Positions 40,050 to 52,335 of a DNA stretch of 64,000 nt are shown one piece after another. The DNA comes from Veleropilina oligotropha (taxonomy: Eukaryota). Position 1 is the first letter of the stretch; each line of letters opens with the position of its first letter. The notes under the pieces were generated by a model. It searched no databases and was not told the DNA's origin. It was given only the letters and a program-made list of their open reading frames with translations. Position numbers and translations under genes: made by a program. The stretch is from assembly GCA_048128005.1 (NCBI GenBank), contig JBEUKZ010000097.1:62001-126000 (forward strand), read 5' to 3'.

Positions 40050-42460
40050 GATGATACCATAGCGATATATAAAACTTGGCTTGGCAGTGGGAAACCAATA
40101 TTTCCAAGCAAATTTCTCCCAAAAAGCAGCGCTGGTGAGAACGAAGATGACAAATGCATCCGAACGGCAAATTCCATCCATTCCTTCGAATCCGAAATCA
40201 AACTTATGACGAACAAATCAAATAGATTTCAACGGAAAATGCACGAATCGGATTCGACAATGATAAGATTATTCGAAAAGAAATCCGACACTTCTGAAGT
40301 TAAAACTTGGCTGTGTGCTGAATGGACGAATCAATGTGAGAAAGAAGAGCTGAAATCGCAAATGATATGGACGAGGAAGCAAAAATGGTTGGATGACTAT
40401 GCGAAGAACTACGGAAAGAAACCCGTCAGCAATTCGAGGTTTAGTGATAGAACGAACACATCACATTCGAAATCTCGAGTTAACTCGTACAGCGCTGCAA
40501 TAAATTCAACTAGGGCACCGATGTCACCCAAGGGTTCCGTGGACAACAACTGTGATTCTAAAACCCAACATACGGATACGGCCACAGCAGCACCCACCGA
40601 TCAACATCCGGCCAGGAGAAACGGGATTACGTATATAGGATCGAAAGTACTTCAGCCTTTTTTAGGACAATATCGATTCACCAGAGACGGAGGGGGAAGA
40701 GAAAGAAAGAGAATGATAACGAGAGTAAGGACCATGGGGAAAGTGCTTTAGAGAACTCAACATCTACAGGTAGAAAATTACAAAGAGTAATTAACCTGTC
40801 TAAAAAAGCACTTTCTAGAGACGAAATAGATGTACTTAAAAAGGGTCTCAAGTTTACACCAACTCCTAATAGCAATAGCAATGAATTGAAATCTGATGTT
40901 AAGAATTTTTGTAGAAAGTTAAGATTATCAGAACATTTTTATGATGATAACGTAAACGGAAATGATAATATTAACAATGATAATGTCACACAACCATTGG
41001 TTAGAAATTTGTCAGAATGGCAACCGCCAAAAAGCTCGAATAACATATTAGAAGATACCATACGTATTTTGAAAAATTATCCAGTTGAATCAAAAAATAT
41101 AAAACCACTTAAAAGTAATGTATCTTTCAAACAGAGAAAAGCTACAGAAAGTTTAAGAAACGATAAATCAATAATAATCAAAGAAGCCGACAAAAGAGGA
41201 GTGGTAGTTGTGTTAGATAGCCTATGTTATCGTGATTGTATTTTAGCTATGTTAGAAAATGAACAGTTCTACACAAAAACAAATTCTGCATTTGATGACG
41301 AAACACGAAAATGCATCAGATCATTAATATCAAACCACGGTGATGCTTTATTAGATGAAGAAAAAGACTACCTTACCAAATTCAACCATTCACCTAGTTA
41401 CTTTTATGGCTTGTCAAAAATTCATAAAAGTGACATCATAACGAGAGAAATACAAAATAAAGAATCCGAATATATATCTATTGAATGTCCTGATGATTTA
41501 AAATTTCGACCAATCGTTGGTGGCCCGAATAGTGCAACACAGCGATTAAGTCATCTCCTCGATTTGATTCTAAAACCACTTTGTCCAAAAGTTACAAGTT
41601 TTATTAAAGATGACATTGACTTCCTTAGGTATTTACCTAAAACTACGCTACCACATTCACAATTGGTGACTTTTGATGTAATTAGCTTGTATACCAATAT
41701 CCCGCATAAACTAGGACTGGAAGCTGTCAAATATTGGATTGACAAGGAACGGGATCACATAGATTCTCGTTTTTCAAGTGATTTCATATTGCATGCATTA
41801 GAACTTGTGTTAAAGAGAAATGATTTTTATTTTGATGGAAACTTTTACCAACAAATTAAGGGTACTGCCATGGGAACCAAAGTAGCCCCAACCTATGCTA
41901 CACTGGTACTCGGTTATTTAGAAGAAATGCTCTATGATACTATGGAACGCAAATATAATGCCAACATTGCTTCATATTTGAAAGGAAATTTCAAACGTTT
42001 CCTTGATGATTGTTTCATAATATGGAATTTTGACATGAATATTGATGTACTATTTAACGAATTGAATTCTTTGCACCCAGACATTAATTTCACTATGAAT
42101 TGTAATGATATTGAAATGCCTTTTTTAGATATTTTAGTACTTTTGAAAAACCAAAAATTGTCAACAGATTTATATTATAAATGTACAAATTCACATAATT
42201 ATTTAGATTTTTATTCATGTCACTCGAAACATATAAAGACGAATATACCATTTAATCTTGCCTCTAAGATTGTAACAGTTGTATCTGATGTAAAAACCCG
42301 TGAACAAAGACTTGAAGAATTGTGTTCATTTTTGCTCATGCAACATTACCCATTGGAACTTATAAAAAGTGGTATAAGAAAAGCAATTGATGTCGGTCCA
42401 ATTACAACGAGATGCAAGGACGATAAATGCGATTCAAATATCAATTCTTTCGTATCTACT
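40050..42460 (+). mobile_element. Penelope-like retroelement, 5' part with reverse transcriptase
   Basis: VINLS..LKKGLKFTPTP, KIHK, RPIVGGP, FDVISLYTNIP, GTAMGTKVAP, RFLDDCF, TDLYYK. Coding similarity ends abruptly at the poly-T at 42460. Confidence 0.9.
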
Positions 42461-42763
42461 TTTTTTTTTTTCAAAATTTATTTCGTTGTTAATACAAGTA
42501 TAACAACGGGATCGGGCAAAAAGTTACAAACTTATCAAGTGCCCTCTCCCTACATGAAATTATATACAACACATATTTATGTTAGTGGATCAGGGATACA
42601 TCAATCAAGTAACATCATAGACTGCGACTGTAACGTACAATATGTCAACGCCAGAAAAACATAAGACATAAGACAAAAGCACTCCCATATGCGTAACCAA
42701 ACAAGTAACCAAAACGCATTACATTCAAGAAATACTCGCACAGCGACAAAAGTGTGTATTATA

Positions 42764-42815
42764 TTTAGGGCTTCAGCCTTTGAAAAAGGGCTGAAGGCCT
42801 ATTGTTTTTCAAGGA

Positions 42816-42849
<34 letters not shown>

Positions 42850-43924
42850 TTATTATTATTATTCTTATTCTTATTATTATTTTGTGATTTTTTGTTCCTT
42901 ACGTATCTCTGAAACTACAAATGTGATGCATTTCAAAATTCAGAAGTAGACAGGTATAATATGGAACTCGTGTGAAACTGTAAAATTGACTGTCTAGGAA
43001 TTGCGGTTTGGCCGCCATCTTGAATTTTCCAAAAAAATGACCTCTTTTACAAAAATCTTCTTCTCCGAAACCGCTAAACAGATCGAGGCACCGATCAGAA
43101 TATATGATCTTGACAATATGATTAAAAAAGTTTGCGCGGGACAAATTCATCGGACATAAAATGAGGCCGCCATCTTGGATTACGTCATAAACTAGCTTGT
43201 TTTATAACTTTGTTAATATTTAACCTAGCGGGACATGATTTATATATTCGGATATCATAGACGCTTGTCTTTCAAATTTGATCTTGACCTTTGACCTCAG
43301 TTGACCTACATTGCAGGAAATGACCTAATTAAGGAAAAATGCATATATGTGGGCCTATAGTGCATGAAATGAACTCCTATTGACGTGTGTAGTCAACATT
43401 TACCAAATTTACAAGATAAAATTGAAAAACAGGAAGTGCCTCGACAGCCATTAAAGCTTTTCTTTCAAGTGGCAATATATCAACAAGGATGCACTGTGGA
43501 CACATAGTTACTATGGGGAGCCTATGGGAAGTCATGGTTGGGCTTTCAAATGTGACCTTGACCTTTGACCTCAGTTGACCTACATTGCGAAAAATGACCT
43601 AATTAAGGAAAAATGCATATATGCTTGCCCATAGTGGCTAAAATGAACTCCTATTGACGTGCGTAGTCGCTATTTACCAAATTTCCAACAAAATGGCTGC
43701 CACATGATCCTTAAAAAGGCCATAGCTCGAGAACGACGTGTCGTACAGACCTGAAAATAGCGGCATTCGATTCAGAGTGTCCATATGTATAAATTAAGGA
43801 AATTTCAGGAGGAAATTTTTTGCAATTTTTACAAAATTTCCGAAAATACATTGTTTTTGTACATTGAATTTTATAATTGCTATGGTTAGCGCGAAGCCCT
43901 GTACAGCTGCTTGCAGCTTTAATT
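42764..43924 (+). mobile_element. HINE/DINE-like element in the LINE 3' UTR
   Basis: SubTIR AGGGCTTC/GAAGCCCT, 5' hairpin, (TAT)n tract, internal repeat 43283/43555, 3' hairpin AGCTGCTTGCAGCT. Confidence 0.75.
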
Positions 43925-43940
43925 ATCATTACATTTACAT

Positions 43941-45112
43941 TTAGATGATAAAACGTTTGCTATCCATGATAAATTTTTGTAAACTCGTGGCAATTAATTT
44001 GTTAATAGTAGTAGATAAGTTGTTATCGCCAAATAGAAGGGTATTAATATTTATGTTTGTATAATTTAAAGATTGAAGCAAATGTCGTCTTTCGGCTGTA
44101 TACTTATCACAGTGAAGGAAATAATGTTCACAGTCTTCAGTCGGATACCCACATGAGCAACATGCATTTGCAACAATATGACTGTTAAATAGGTCATAGT
44201 GTAAAGGGCTGCAGCCATGACGTAGTTTTAAGTAGAGTATTTCAACCTTTCTAGACATGGTTATAAATGAGTCTAGAGGTCGAGTATTCGGTCGTATCAA
44301 CTTTTTAAATTGATCCAATGAGGTGGCATTTCTTGTTGAGCTATCGAGATCATTCCACATTTTTGTAACAGATGGATAAAATGATTTTCTACTCTGTTCT
44401 AATCTTAACGGAATACTAGAAAAATTACCACTATTTCTTAAAGAGTATCTAGATATGTTTTCTCCCCGAGGGGGCAGAAGTTTCACTAGAAAGTCGGGAG
44501 TGTTTTTATTGATTATCTTATATAGCGTGCATAATTGAATATTCTGTCTCCGATTTTTGAGAGATTCTAAACCGGTTTCGCGATATAAGACTGAAATAGG
44601 TGCATATCTGGGTAAGCCAGTGATGGTTTGCATCGCTTCATTTTGAATAATTTCAAGTTTATTTGAGTCGGTTTCAGATAACCCACCCCATACCTCTACA
44701 CCATATTCCATTGCAGGTCGAATATACGTTTTATAGATTTGCAATAACTTGCTTTTGTTCAAGATATATTTTAATTTCCTCATTACCGATGATTTTCTTT
44801 GTACAGAGCTAATTATAGTATCAATATGCTTTGTCCATTTAGCTGATGACGAAAAGGTAATTCCAAGATGTTTATGATCGTTAGAAAAATTTACTGGTGT
44901 CTGGTCAAAGAATCAATCTGATAAATAGTGTTGCGAAATAGTTATAAACATTGCTTCTGTTTTGTTCGGATTGAACTTGACAAGCCATTGCTTTGACCAG
45001 TCCAATACAGATTTCAGGTCGCTGTTTATTATATCTTGTAAGTGTAATATGCTGTTGGATGATTTGAATAAAGATGTGTCATCCGCAAATAGTCGGATTT
45101 TGCTATGAATGT
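43941..45112 (-). pseudogene. LINE ORF2 C-terminal half (RT C-terminus, CCHC tail)
   Basis: IRLFADDT, HKHLGI, IYKTYIRPAMEY, CSCGYPTEDCEHYFLHC. Confidence 0.9.
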
Positions 45113-46049
45113 GGGGGGGACTAGGGTGGTTTAGACTAGGGGCCCACGGCCGCCGGGGGGGCTCCCAGCGCCATCCGAAACTGGGGTAGCATAGAATAGT
45201 CTATTTGGTCCCGGGTGGGCTCTCAGCGCAGTCCTAAACTAGGGTAGCTTATAATAGTCTATTTGCGCCGCGGAGGCCCAAATATAGGCCCAAAATAGCA
45301 GCCCGGCGAAGGCTACAGGACATCGGCCTGGCCGCTATTTCGGTTGGTGACACGCGCCCGCGACCACCAACGGACATCACAGCGGGCCCGCCGACAGCCT
45401 AGACAGCTTTGGACGACGGAGATTGTGTAAAACTCCCTTGTTACCGTCTTTGGTCTTCTTCTTAAAGACCGCCTGTTCACCATCGTCGAGTTCAACAATC
45501 AAAACGTCGTAGCCCGTGTTTAAGAGGTTTCTAATGCGCCTGGAGCTCCCTTTGCCGTGTAGCGTAGGAACGTCTTCCTGCGGCATGTTGCTTTCAAGTA
45601 TAACTACACACCATTGTGGGGTTGACTAACTGGGTCACTATCAAGGGGATTCCCCCGATTGAAAGACATTGCCCAGTGAATGGATAAAATTATTTACTTC
45701 CTGGTTATCGCAACCTTATAACCAGGGAGAGTTGACTGGACTTAATGATCCGGGTTAATTGTGGCGTAGGTTTGGCGTAGGTTTGGCGTAGGTTTCACGC
45801 TACGATAGTGGCGTAGGTTTCATTTTAATCAACGTAGTCTACGTTGAAAGTTGTCGTGATTTAATATTCACGACATAACTGACGAGACACCTCCTCTAAG
45901 CCTGACATGGGAACCGGACTATATAAGAACTGTCTTGCTTTAGTATTTATGAGATCTGGCCCACGATGCATATGCCATAACAACCTCCTCAGAATGCTTT
46001 CGTGTTTTGCGTTTCGAATTCTGAGGAGGCTGGCCACGTGGCAGAAAAT

Positions 46050-46835
46050 GCAGAGAGAGGGTCGTGAAGAGGGTGGCGCCACAGGCCCCGGGGCCAAGAG
46101 AGGGTCGAGAAGAGGGTGGCCGAGAGAGGCCCCGGGGCCGAGAGAGGGTCAAGAAGAGGGTGGCCGAGAGAGGCCCCGGGGCCGAGAGAGGGTCATGAAG
46201 AGGGTGGCCAAGAGAGGCCCCGGGGCCGAGAGAGGGTCGAGAAGAGGGTGGCCGAGAGAGGCCCCGGGGCCGAGAGAGGGTCGAGAAGAGGGTGGCCGAG
46301 AGAGGCCCCGGGGCCGAGAGAGGGTCGAGAAGAGGGTGGCGGAGAGAGGCCCCAGGGCCGAGAGAGGGTCGAGAAGAGGGTGGCCGAGAGAGGCCCCGGG
46401 GCCGAGAGAGGGTCGAGAAGAGGGTGGCCGAGAGAGGGTCGAGAAGAGGGTGTCCGAGAGAGGCCCCGGGGCCGAGGGGCCGAGAGAGGGTCGAGAAGAG
46501 GGTGGCCGAGAGAGGCCCCGGGGCCGAGAGCAGGTCGTGAAGAGGGTGTTCGAGAGAGGCCCCGGGGCCGAGAGAGGGTCGAGAAGAGGGTGGCCGAGAG
46601 AGGCCCCGGGGCCGAGAGAGGCCCCGGGGCCGAGAGAGGGTCGAGAAGAGGGTGGCCGAGAGAGGCCCCGGGGCCGAGAGATGGTCGAGAAGAGGGTGGC
46701 CAAGAGAGGCCCCGGGGCCGAGAGAGGGTCAAGAAGAGGGTGGCCGAGAGAGGCCCTGGGGCCGAGAGAGGGTCGAGAAGCGGGTGGCCGAGAGAGGCCC
46801 CGGGGCCGAGAGAGGGCCTCGAGAGAGGGTCGAGG
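46050..46835. repeat. GC-rich 44-bp minisatellite inside the virus
   Basis: Unit GAGAGAGGCCCCGGGGCCGAGAGAGGGTCGAGAAGAGGGTGGCC, roughly 17 copies. Confidence 0.95.
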
Positions 46836-47039
46836 GTGGCAGCAGCAGCAGGGGGGTGATTGGACTTTTCTATGAGGGCACGGCGCGGAGGGGAGACCGG
46901 AAAATGTGTTTAGGCGGGGACTACCCGAGATTGCAGCCGTTAAATGTAGATGTAATTCCCACTGGCTAACGTGCAGTTGCATGACGACAGGTGTCCTATT
47001 TGACTCCGCGCACCACCACAGCCGGTAGATAACATTGAG

Positions 47040-48190
47040 AAATAATGCCACCTTCCCCGCTAGTTTACCCAGAATCCGACCCAAGTTCCGCAGGTGCTTT
47101 TTTACCCACTCCTTCATGCCGTGACCACTGGAAGGTGGTGGTGGTTGTGGTATGCTCGGCGCTCCGCCTGTTAGGGCTAGTACCAAAGTCGAGATGGCCA
47201 TACCAATCGCGGTGAGTATCGTCACAATTGTGACCCCCCTGCTCGCGAAACAGGGTCCGGATGCGCTCGGCCAGCGTCGTGTCTGAGTGGAGAATCCGAC
47301 TTATCATCTCTCGGATCCGGCTGATTTGAGAGCAAAGGGCTTCCCAGCTGGACCCGGCTGCCTCTAGGCGAGCTGCTCGTTCATCCTGTAAGTTGCGCAG
47401 ACGTTCCGCGATTCATCGACGGACAAACTCTTCCACACCCCCCCTTCATCTGCCTGATCGAGCTTCCCTTTCTCCAGCGCTATGTGGTCGTCCAGCGCCG
47501 TCAGTTTGGCAAGGTTGTTCGTGAGCTCGCCCCTGATTGTCTGCATCGCCTTGTCAAGCCCGCGAAGCTCACGAAGATTTAATGGGGGGTCCCCCATCAT
47601 GCTCAAGATCTCGTCAACCTCGGCATCTGTGAAAGACGTCTCCATTGTGTGGATTGCTGCTGATGCATCATTGGCTGTTCGCCCCAAGTCCCGCAGTTCC
47701 ACGTTGTCTACATTGGCGGCCGCACCGCTCAACTCATTGTCGGCTGTCTGAAATACTGCGACGGCTTTTGAGGCCAGCTTCTTCTGCCCCCCCCTCGCTT
47801 CCAGTCTACGAATCCCAACCCCTCTCTGATGGCTTTACCCCCATCTTTCCGGCCAGCTAGTGTTGCCAGAGCCTTGGGCTTACCAGTGTTAGAATGGATG
47901 AGATCGATGTCGGGATAGGCCTTCATCACCAATTTCCCCCTCACGTAGTCGAACCTTGAATAATCTCGCCCCGTGGCGGGGGTTTGCCCCTCCTTCGACA
48001 GGGCGTTGTAGTAGGCATCAACTGCTGTTTGAACAAGCTCTTGCCGCAGACCGCTGGTTCCTTCCTGTGGCCGACTCCAGTCCGTGGATCCAACCTCACC
48101 ATCATCGACGGTGATGTCGGGCTCGAACACGGGGTTCTCGAATTCCGCCATTTGAATACTACCCCTTGGATACGCATCTAATTCAGCCAT
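47040..48190 (-). pseudogene. Viral coiled-coil/membrane protein, frameshifted into several ORFs
   Basis: Joinable fragments MAELD..MAEFENPVF, LRELRGLDKAMQTIRGELTNNLAKL, TLAERIRTLFREQG(V)TIVTILTAIGMAISTLVLALT (hydrophobic) and amphipathic EWVKKHLRNLGRILGKL. Confidence 0.55.
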
Positions 48191-48202
48191 AGCAACAACA
48201 AC

Positions 48203-49507
48203 ATGGCCAGCCTGTACGGACGCTAGCTTGATCCATACCGCAGACTTCGAGAGCCCCTTGGGGTCAAGGGTATACGCCAGTCGGTCACCATAACGAACAA
48301 CCCATCCACGATCGCCGCCAACCAGCAGCTGTTGGTGCGGTTCCCGAATCTTGGGGCTCATGACGTGATCGTTCCGGGGACTGCCCACCTTGCATTTACC
48401 ATCTCTCTGACCACGGCTAACCCGAACAGAACCGTAGTTCAGAACATTGGTCGTGCCGTGATCAAGAAGACCACGATCAAGATTAGTGGAAACGAGATCA
48501 TGTCTATCGACGACTCCGACGTCTACCACTGCTACTGCGATCTCTGGAAGACCCCCCAGGAATGCAAGAATGCCCAATACCAGGGGATTGATACCAGCGA
48601 TGGACAAAACACTACGAAGCATCGTGTTGGTGCGGCAGACGCCTTCAGAGTGTCTGAGGATGTGGCCATCTCGGTCGCTTACGGTCCTCGATTCCGCATC
48701 CCGTTGGACTTCGAGTTGCTGGAAAGCCACATGCCCTTCTATCAGAGCGCTCTTGGGGACAGGCTTGAGTACGAACTAATGTTCAACGACCATTCACGGA
48801 CTATCAGGGATACGGACGACCCCGGCTCCAGCTATCAGATCAAAAATATTTGCCTGGAGTATGAAATGGTTACCCAGGCAGAACTGGCCAGACTGATACG
48901 CAACCTGTACTCGGGCCGCCTCGCCATTATCTACGACATTGTGCTCCGGCATCGTAAGCTCACCAGAGACAAGAGCGACACGTTGTGGAACCTTAACCTG
49001 AACGTACCGGCGAGGTCCATGAAAGGCATCCTACTGCTGTTTGAGGACCCCGCGAGAGACGCCGCACCATTCGCTCGCGACACTGAGGCCTTCTACAATC
49101 CGAAGATCACAAAGGTCGAGGTCACCATTGAGGGGGTCCCGAATTAAATCTACAGCCAGGGCATGCGTTCATACCAGGTGTGGGAAGAAGCCAAAAAACT
49201 GTTTGCCTCCAACCCGAGCAGCAAGCGGCATCCTGAGGTTGCGCTGGTGGCAAAGGAGTTGGCTCTGGCAGACGTCACCCTGGGCGGGTTCTTGACCAAA
49301 AAGTACGCGCTTTGGATAGACATGCGGGTAACCGACGACGATCAGCTGCACGGGTCAGGCCGGAGGATAGAGAACGCCAGCGAGGGCATCACCATCCAGA
49401 TCACTAAAACAGGCGAGGCAGCCGACCCGTTGAACGTTTACCTGTACGTGATCATGGATGCACAGCTGAACATCGAGAATGGACGCTTTGTCGCAGCACT
49501 GTACTAG
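48203..49507 (+). pseudogene. Probable double-jelly-roll major capsid protein (434 codons; in-frame stops at 48224-48226 and 49145-49147)
   Basis: ORFs 48332-49147 and 49163-49507 share the frame of ATG 48203. Beta-rich sequence, size and position next to the ATPase fit a Polinton-type MCP. The fold is inferred. Confidence 0.72.
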
Positions 49508-50111
49508 ACGGTTTCCGCACACCAAGGACCCCCACTCCGCAATCATCTGCAGCCAGACTGGCTGTGGGAAGACGGTGTTTATGTTTGAACTGCTGAAAGG
49601 GTTCTATCGAGGTGTGTTCCGGCACGTCGTCATTCTCTGCCCAACGATCAAGTACAATAATGCATACCAGTCGTGTCCGTGGATCTGGACGGATCCAGAG
49701 GTGTACTTGATCCCCCCCGGTGAGCGACTCCATGACTGGTTGCGGGGGTTCTACCGGCTGTTCCAGGGGGAACCAACCCTCTACATAATCGATGACTGCG
49801 CCGCCAGCAAGGCCCTAGCCAAGAGAAGGGATATGCTGACTGCGTTGGCCTTCAGCGGCAGGCATGCCGAACAGAGCGTATGGGTGGTGAGGCAAAAGTA
49901 CAACTCGGTCTTGAAGGAACTCAGAGAGCAGACCCGCTGGGTCGCGCTGTTCCACTGCAAGGACCGCGATAGCTTTGAAGACTGTCTTCGAGTGGACGAT
50001 GTCATCGGGTCGCAAGATGAAGGGACTGCGGTGCACCGGCTGTTGGCAGAGACCAAACACGCTAAGCTTCTGTTGAAAACTGATCAGCCGGTTGCTTATA
50101 GTGTGCTGTAG
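49479..50111 (+). CDS. A32/FtsK-like genome packaging ATPase
   Basis: Walker A SQTGCGKT (first G replaced by S), Walker B YIIDD, GRH motif, VWVVRQ. Confidence 0.85.
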   Translation: MDALSQHCTRRFPHTKDPHSAIICSQTGCGKTVFMFELLKGFYRGVFRHVVILCPTIKYNNAYQSCPWIWTDPEVYLIPPGERLHDWLRGFYRLFQGEPTLYIIDDCAASKALAKRRDMLTALAFSGRHAEQSVWVVRQKYNSVLKELREQTRWVALFHCKDRDSFEDCLRVDDVIGSQDEGTAVHRLLAETKHAKLLLKTDQPVAYSVL

Positions 50112-50162
50112 CAAGCTATAGCATCTACTTAGCTAGCTAGGCATCTACAGCATCTACCCAGC

Positions 50163-50915
50163 ATGTCGGACGCTGTATATGTAGCTTTTGCTTGCAGCCA
50201 GAGCCTTATATTGCTGCTACTGGTAACATTGTGGTATTGGCTGTACGGCTATATTAGACCGGCGAGAAGATGTTGGAAACGCTTAAGGATGGACAGCCTG
50301 ATTGATCAACTCATGGATGACGAACAAGAAACGACCGTCTGCCGGGGCCCCCCACCCCGCTCGACGACCGATGGCGAGGAACCTGTCAGTAACTCCGCGG
50401 CAAAAAAGCGGGAGAGGCTTGCGGCGTTAGCCATTGGAGGACAGGCTGGCAAATACTTGGGGAGCAACCTCACAGTTGACCGAATCGACGCAATGACCGA
50501 CGAAGAGGTTGACAAGCACCACGCGAGGTACGAAGCCCAGCTCGGTGCCGAGATGACTAAAACCCTGGGAACTGCTGCTATTCACCTCTATGCGGGTGCA
50601 GCGGGGATGTTCCTGCCCATCCCACGTGAAAACCAGCTACGACTGATCGCGGACCTGGAGGCTGACCCTTTCATCTCACATGCGCTGTGCACTGCCAGCT
50701 GTGAGCTGTATCACAAATATGGCATGTATCTGGCCCCGCTGACAGCCGCGTTGACCACGGCTAAGCACTGCCAATTTGGACATGTTTGCCCGCCTATGAT
50801 AGAGCGAGAGCGAGATCAAGATGACAACGCAGGAAGTGGACCAAATGATCGAGAGCCAGCCGATCGAGAGCCAGCCGATATAGAGGGTGACTTCTTCCCC
50901 GGGGAAGGACCCTAA
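50163..50915 (+). CDS. Viral hypothetical protein with N-terminal hydrophobic segment
   Basis: 250-aa open frame within the co-directional viral gene run. Confidence 0.6.
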   Translation: MSDAVYVAFACSQSLILLLLVTLWYWLYGYIRPARRCWKRLRMDSLIDQLMDDEQETTVCRGPPPRSTTDGEEPVSNSAAKKRERLAALAIGGQAGKYLGSNLTVDRIDAMTDEEVDKHHARYEAQLGAEMTKTLGTAAIHLYAGAAGMFLPIPRENQLRLIADLEADPFISHALCTASCELYHKYGMYLAPLTAALTTAKHCQFGHVCPPMIERERDQDDNAGSGPNDREPADREPADIEGDFFPGEGP

Positions 50916-51345
50916 GAAGGTGGCTGCAGGTCGGGCCGGTGCTGCTGCGCGGAAAGCCAAACAGGAGAGGCTACTTGCTGAGGTTAGAAAGATTAAGGAA
51001 GACATGAGTGCCCGACAAAATGTTAGCACCGTTCCTTCAGACCTACCGGAGGCACAGCCACACAGTGGTAATACCCCGGCCGAGGTGACCGCTGTCGAAA
51101 ACGACTTTCGCGCCGTTGGGGGGAGGGGGGGCGCAGTGTCAGATACATGGAAATCGGACCCATTGAATTGGGCTCTCTTCGCTGCAGGCGGGGTTGCGTT
51201 GTTATTTGTTGTCTGGAAACGCAGCAGTGGTGTTTCTGCCCCACATCAACAACCACCAACACAGGCGAGGCAGCACAGGGTTCCCCCGGCCCCCACCCCC
51301 ACCACCGAATTGGAGACTAGGCCCAACCCTTTTCATATGCGATAG
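50887..51345 (+). CDS. Viral hypothetical protein (basic N-terminus, one TM segment)
   Basis: KDPKKVAAGRAGAAARKAK and WALFAAGGVALLFVVW. Start codon uncertain. Confidence 0.55.
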   Translation: MTSSPGKDPKKVAAGRAGAAARKAKQERLLAEVRKIKEDMSARQNVSTVPSDLPEAQPHSGNTPAEVTAVENDFRAVGGRGGAVSDTWKSDPLNWALFAAGGVALLFVVWKRSSGVSAPHQQPPTQARQHRVPPAPTPTTELETRPNPFHMR

Positions 51346-51357
51346 TAGCAGTACAAC

Positions 51358-51575
51358 ATGACTACCCCGATTACTGATGGAAAAATGCTCGGGAACGCCG
51401 TCTATCATTCGGCCATCGTGTCAGGCCTTGCCATAGGCTACTCACTCCTGGTCAAGATGGCCTTCAAGGGGGCCAGCCCCAAGCTGGGATGGTCGTCCTC
51501 GACGTAGCGCTCGCCATGGCGACGAAGGACATGCTGATCAAACACGGCATCATTCCCGCCGACGTTTTGAAGTAG
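51358..51575 (+). pseudogene. Small hydrophobic viral protein, frameshifted
   Basis: MTTPITDGKMLGNAVYHSAIVSGLAIGYSLLVKMAFKGASPKL continues in another frame as GMVVLDVALAMATKDMLIKHGIIPADVLK*. Confidence 0.45.
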
Positions 51576-51605
51576 TGGGACCTGATAGATAATCGCATCA
51601 CTTCA

Positions 51606-52034
51606 ATGGCTTCCATTGCGATGCTGGTTGTGGGCGCTCTCGTCAACGCCCTCGCCTTCAGCGGGTCAAACTTCCTGTTCTCGAAGCTACGCAGCTCCGG
51701 TGTTGATGAGGAGCGTAAACGCCACGACAAAGCCGTAGAGCAGCTCCAGGCCGCTCAGACTAAATGGTCCCAAAAGAGGGCAGAGCGTCTCGATTGGCTG
51801 AACGTTGAACTTCGCCGCCAGGGTCATGCCGTTGGCACATTCCGGGATGTTGACGCCGCGATCCGAGAGTATGCATTGATCACCGGCAAGAACCTTGACC
51901 CCGCCCTGGGGGGTGGCCCTGAACCCGCCCTGTCCGACTACTACACGCCGAGCGATGACCAGAAAAAGCGAGAGATCACCTTCGTCATCCTGGGGATGGC
52001 TGCGACCGGGTTGGTAGCCTACAAGCTCGCCTAA
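51606..52034 (+). CDS. Viral protein with hydrophobic termini and central coiled coil
   Basis: 142-aa ORF, MASIAMLVVGALVNALAFSGSN .. FVILGMAATGLVAYKLA. Confidence 0.65.
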   Translation: MASIAMLVVGALVNALAFSGSNFLFSKLRSSGVDEERKRHDKAVEQLQAAQTKWSQKRAERLDWLNVELRRQGHAVGTFRDVDAAIREYALITGKNLDPALGGGPEPALSDYYTPSDDQKKREITFVILGMAATGLVAYKLA

Positions 52035-52335
52035 GTGCTATTATTTCCATGTTTGGACATTTTTTCGTGTGCGTATAGGATGGGGCTCCCAGAAGAGCTG
52101 TACTTTGCTTTGCTAGAGGTGGGGTTTACCGCCCAAAGGCACAAAATCCCCGGCCCACCCCTTGGTACTACGTCACTCGACTGCTGGCGGCACAACGAAA
52201 AGACTATGGTGCGGTTCGCGGTCATGGTGCTCTCGGGCCCGACCAACGTACGGGCGACGACTGGGCAGCTTCCGGAGCCGGTCGCTGAAGCCAGTTGGAG
52301 ACTGATCAAGTTGCTGGAATACCTCGCAAGTCTCG

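Noticed and set aside
42460..42664. C-terminus of the 592-aa Penelope ORF
   Set aside because: Read-through into the antisense LINE tail.
45907..46969. Long Arg/Gly/Pro-rich ORFs
   Set aside because: Open in several frames because the 44-bp repeat has no stops; no evidence of coding.
47729..48730. 333-aa minus-strand ORF as one gene
   Set aside because: Its first part is antisense to the MCP; only the portion from ATG 48190 or 48151 is plausible.
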